DNA of 63,848 bases, the filler included, from Licmophora abbreviata (Eukaryota): NCBI GenBank assembly GCA_900291995.1. It is 8 parts of 8 records of this genome, joined end to end, with 100 filler letters (N's around TTAATTAATTAA, not from the genome) between each part and the next. Parts side by side here need not be neighbours in the genome. Positions count along the whole stretch, not along the records: positions 54,371 to 63,848 come from OLMU01002706.1; 7 more parts are not named here. One strand, given 5' to 3'. The notes under the pieces are model-generated. The model worked only from the letters and a program-made list of their open reading frames with translations, was not told the origin of the DNA and did not search any database. A program made the translations under genes and the position numbers. This document shows positions 61,493-63,848 of this stretch, one piece after another (position 1 is the stretch's first letter; each line of letters opens with the position of its first letter).

Positions 61493-63848
61493 ATGTCGAC
61501 CAGGTATCGCCGACAAGCCCCTACTCCCGTTTCGACTGGGGGTGGAACGGACGGCGACTATGACTACAGCATCGCCACACGAATTGGTCAAGTCAGGAGC
61601 ACTCCGCCAGAAGAGCAGGCGTACCAGAATATGATTCGGCATGGTGTCCCTCCCCCACCGCCGCCTGATGGACCTCCTCCGACATCTCCTGAACAGTTGA
61701 GCAGAAATTCACCTTCTTCTTTTGATGGCGATGACGCTTTATTGGACTTGGAACAGCTTGAAGAGCTCCATCAGGAAGCTGAGAAGATGAAGGCGCTCGG
61801 CAACAAGCACATGGCAGCACAGGTGCGTGCAGCTACAATCAAGTTACGGTCATCTTTTTTTTCTTTTACGGACATTCAATCTGACCTTGCGATTTAATCT
61901 CGTCAATTTTAGGAATATGCCCGCGCCTATAATGCATACTCGGCAGCGTTGCAGTTGTCGCCTGTCGGGCCTTCCTCTCATGTATTTCTTTCAAACCGGG
62001 CGGCAGCCCTTTTGTCACTCAAACGTTATGCCGCTGCTGCGACAGACGCCCGTCGTGCCGTGGCCCTGGCACCGACCTTTGGAAAGGCACATGCTCGATT
62101 GGGACAGTCTCTGTACTTTCTCAAGGACTATGAGGGAGCAGTTGCAGCTTATGAAGAAGCGCTTGCCTTCGAACCGGACAATGGTGTGACACAAACGTAT
62201 TTGGAAAAGGCCAGACGCAAATTGGCGCGGCAGCAGGAAAAGACCTATCAACAGGCGCGAGGAGAAGAAGTGGCCGTCGCCGACGAATCGGTTCCGTTCA
62301 CGGTTGCCAACAGTATTGCTACGGACCCGAAAAGGCAGGCAGCTGTGTTGCAGTCGGACTTTCAAGGTTTGAGCCGAGCCGTTGTGAAGGCTGTGTCGAG
62401 AAACAGACCTGTGGAAGAAATTAGCACTGGTCAGAGTCCCACAAACCTTGTGTCGCCTCTTGGAGAGGGGGGGCACCGAGGAGGTCGGAGATGACCCTGA
62501 CTTTGACGAGGCTGTTCGACTCCAGTCACATGCAAACAATTTGCTGTCTTCGAAGCAATACAAGAAAGCGATCGAACGATACTCGGCTGCACTTTTTCTG
62601 GTACCCGATGATCCGCTCTTATCGCCGGAGCTCCATTTGGGGAGAGCACACGCCCTGAATGGAGCACGCCGTCACGACAGTGCCCGGAATGACGCGCAGC
62701 TTGCTATCAAGATCCAGCCGACCTCTGAGGCGTATTCAACCCTGGCCAAGAGTCTCTTTTACATGGAAGACTACTATGGAGCTATAGAAGCGTTTGAGCA
62801 GTGCATGGACATTCTCCCTCCTGGGGAATCCCTCAGTATGTTTGATCAGGCATACTTGCGAAAGGCGGAAACGGCTTGGAATGAAGAAGTCCAGAGGAGC
62901 CCAGAAGATGCTAGATCCACGATCTCGGCGAGAAGCACATTTGTCCCAAAGTTGCCGCCTCCGCGGTTTGTGCCGCGCGAAAAGGTGAGATCATAGGAGT
63001 GTCCGTCGTGTACAATCCCTGTTCTAGAATTTCCTGATCTTTACTCATCTGCGATGCTTTTTCTTTCTATAGGCAATCAGCTCGACTCCAAATATGCCGC
63101 ATCCCCCAAAAGAGTGGCCTCAGCAGTCTCCACGGTCGCCATCCAACTTGAGGGTCGGAGTAGAGCGCGATGTCGCTTTTCTTTCGGAATCATTGGGTAT
63201 CAAACTGAATCGCGGACCCGATGGGATCGTTCGCGTTGTTTCCGTTGCCGCGGATTCTCCGGGTTCGCCTCTTGCCCGCGATGGCTTCATCGACGTAGGA
63301 GACGTTGTTCGCGAAGCCGCCGGGGTTGACATTCGGCGTCCCATTACAAACATTATGTGGGGAGACACAGTTGCATTGATCAAAATGGCCCCACGCCCGA
63401 TCATCTTGGTTGTCGCACGAGAAGAAAGTGCCGTACCGCCGTTTGTGACCGAAGAGATCAAGAAGGCTTCTCAACAGATCTCGTCCTATGAAGAAGCAAA
63501 AAGAGAAGAGCGAGGCATCTATTTTGAAGAACCTTCCCCTGCAAGCGGCATGGAAAGCGTAAGGGATTCTATTGCTGCAAAAGGTACGAAGCCTGACCCG
63601 CAAGAGGATCCATCCGACAATCGAGACTTTGCGGACGGGGAAATCAATGACACAGTGGACTTCAGTACAGAGGAGACGACACCACCCGTCGGGTCTCATA
63701 GACCTGAGAAAATCGCTTTGATTGATTCATGTTGTCGACTCGACCCACCTGGGCTCGCAGCATCGTCGGCTACAGCGACGGGTGAAGACGAGGAAACGCA
63801 GTCGCTTGCAGACGGAGAACACAGTGCTGTTGAGGGTGCGGACAAAGT
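61493..63848 (+). CDS. TPR-repeat + PDZ-like domain protein (runs off window)
   Basis: Exons 61493-61822, 61913-62984 (shift at G-run ~62466-62473), 63073-end; LSNRAAALL..ALAPTFGKAHARLG TPR; SLGIKLNRGPDGIVRVVSV PDZ. Confidence 0.8.

Overview
Gene-dense eukaryotic nuclear DNA with short GT-AG introns, most likely from a diatom (frustulin-type CEGDCD domain, secreted tandem-SET protein, CYP97B, ASAF-like bipartite plastid presequences). It is a draft scaffold with seven 100-nt N gaps carrying an artificial TTAATTAATTAA spacer and about six single-base frameshifts, mostly at homopolymers. About 31 protein genes: HSF, PDS5, SUI1, CWF19L2, an orphan ABC-TMD-like protein, CYP97B, secreted SET protein, HMG-box TF, MIOS, DPY30, DMAC1-like, calmodulin, PGM2, ankyrin-like protein, USP, a plastid unknown, MerA-like disulfide reductase, lectin-like protein, DHCR24-like, P5A ATPase, Zn-ribbon/RRM, hemolysin III, CCDC130, TTC14-like, TALE homeobox, MFS, ZMAT2, F-box/ankyrin, sulfotransferase, FAS1-frustulin fusion and TPR-PDZ. 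I saw no rRNA, tRNA, CRISPR or transposon. The most interesting items are the secreted fasciclin-frustulin chimera paired head-to-head with a sulfotransferase, the secreted double-SET protein, a P5A ATPase with a signal+LRGG presequence, an atypical flavin disulfide reductase, and recurrent TCATGA/TGACTCA and E2F-like promoter motifs. All family calls come from reading motifs by eye; no database search was run.
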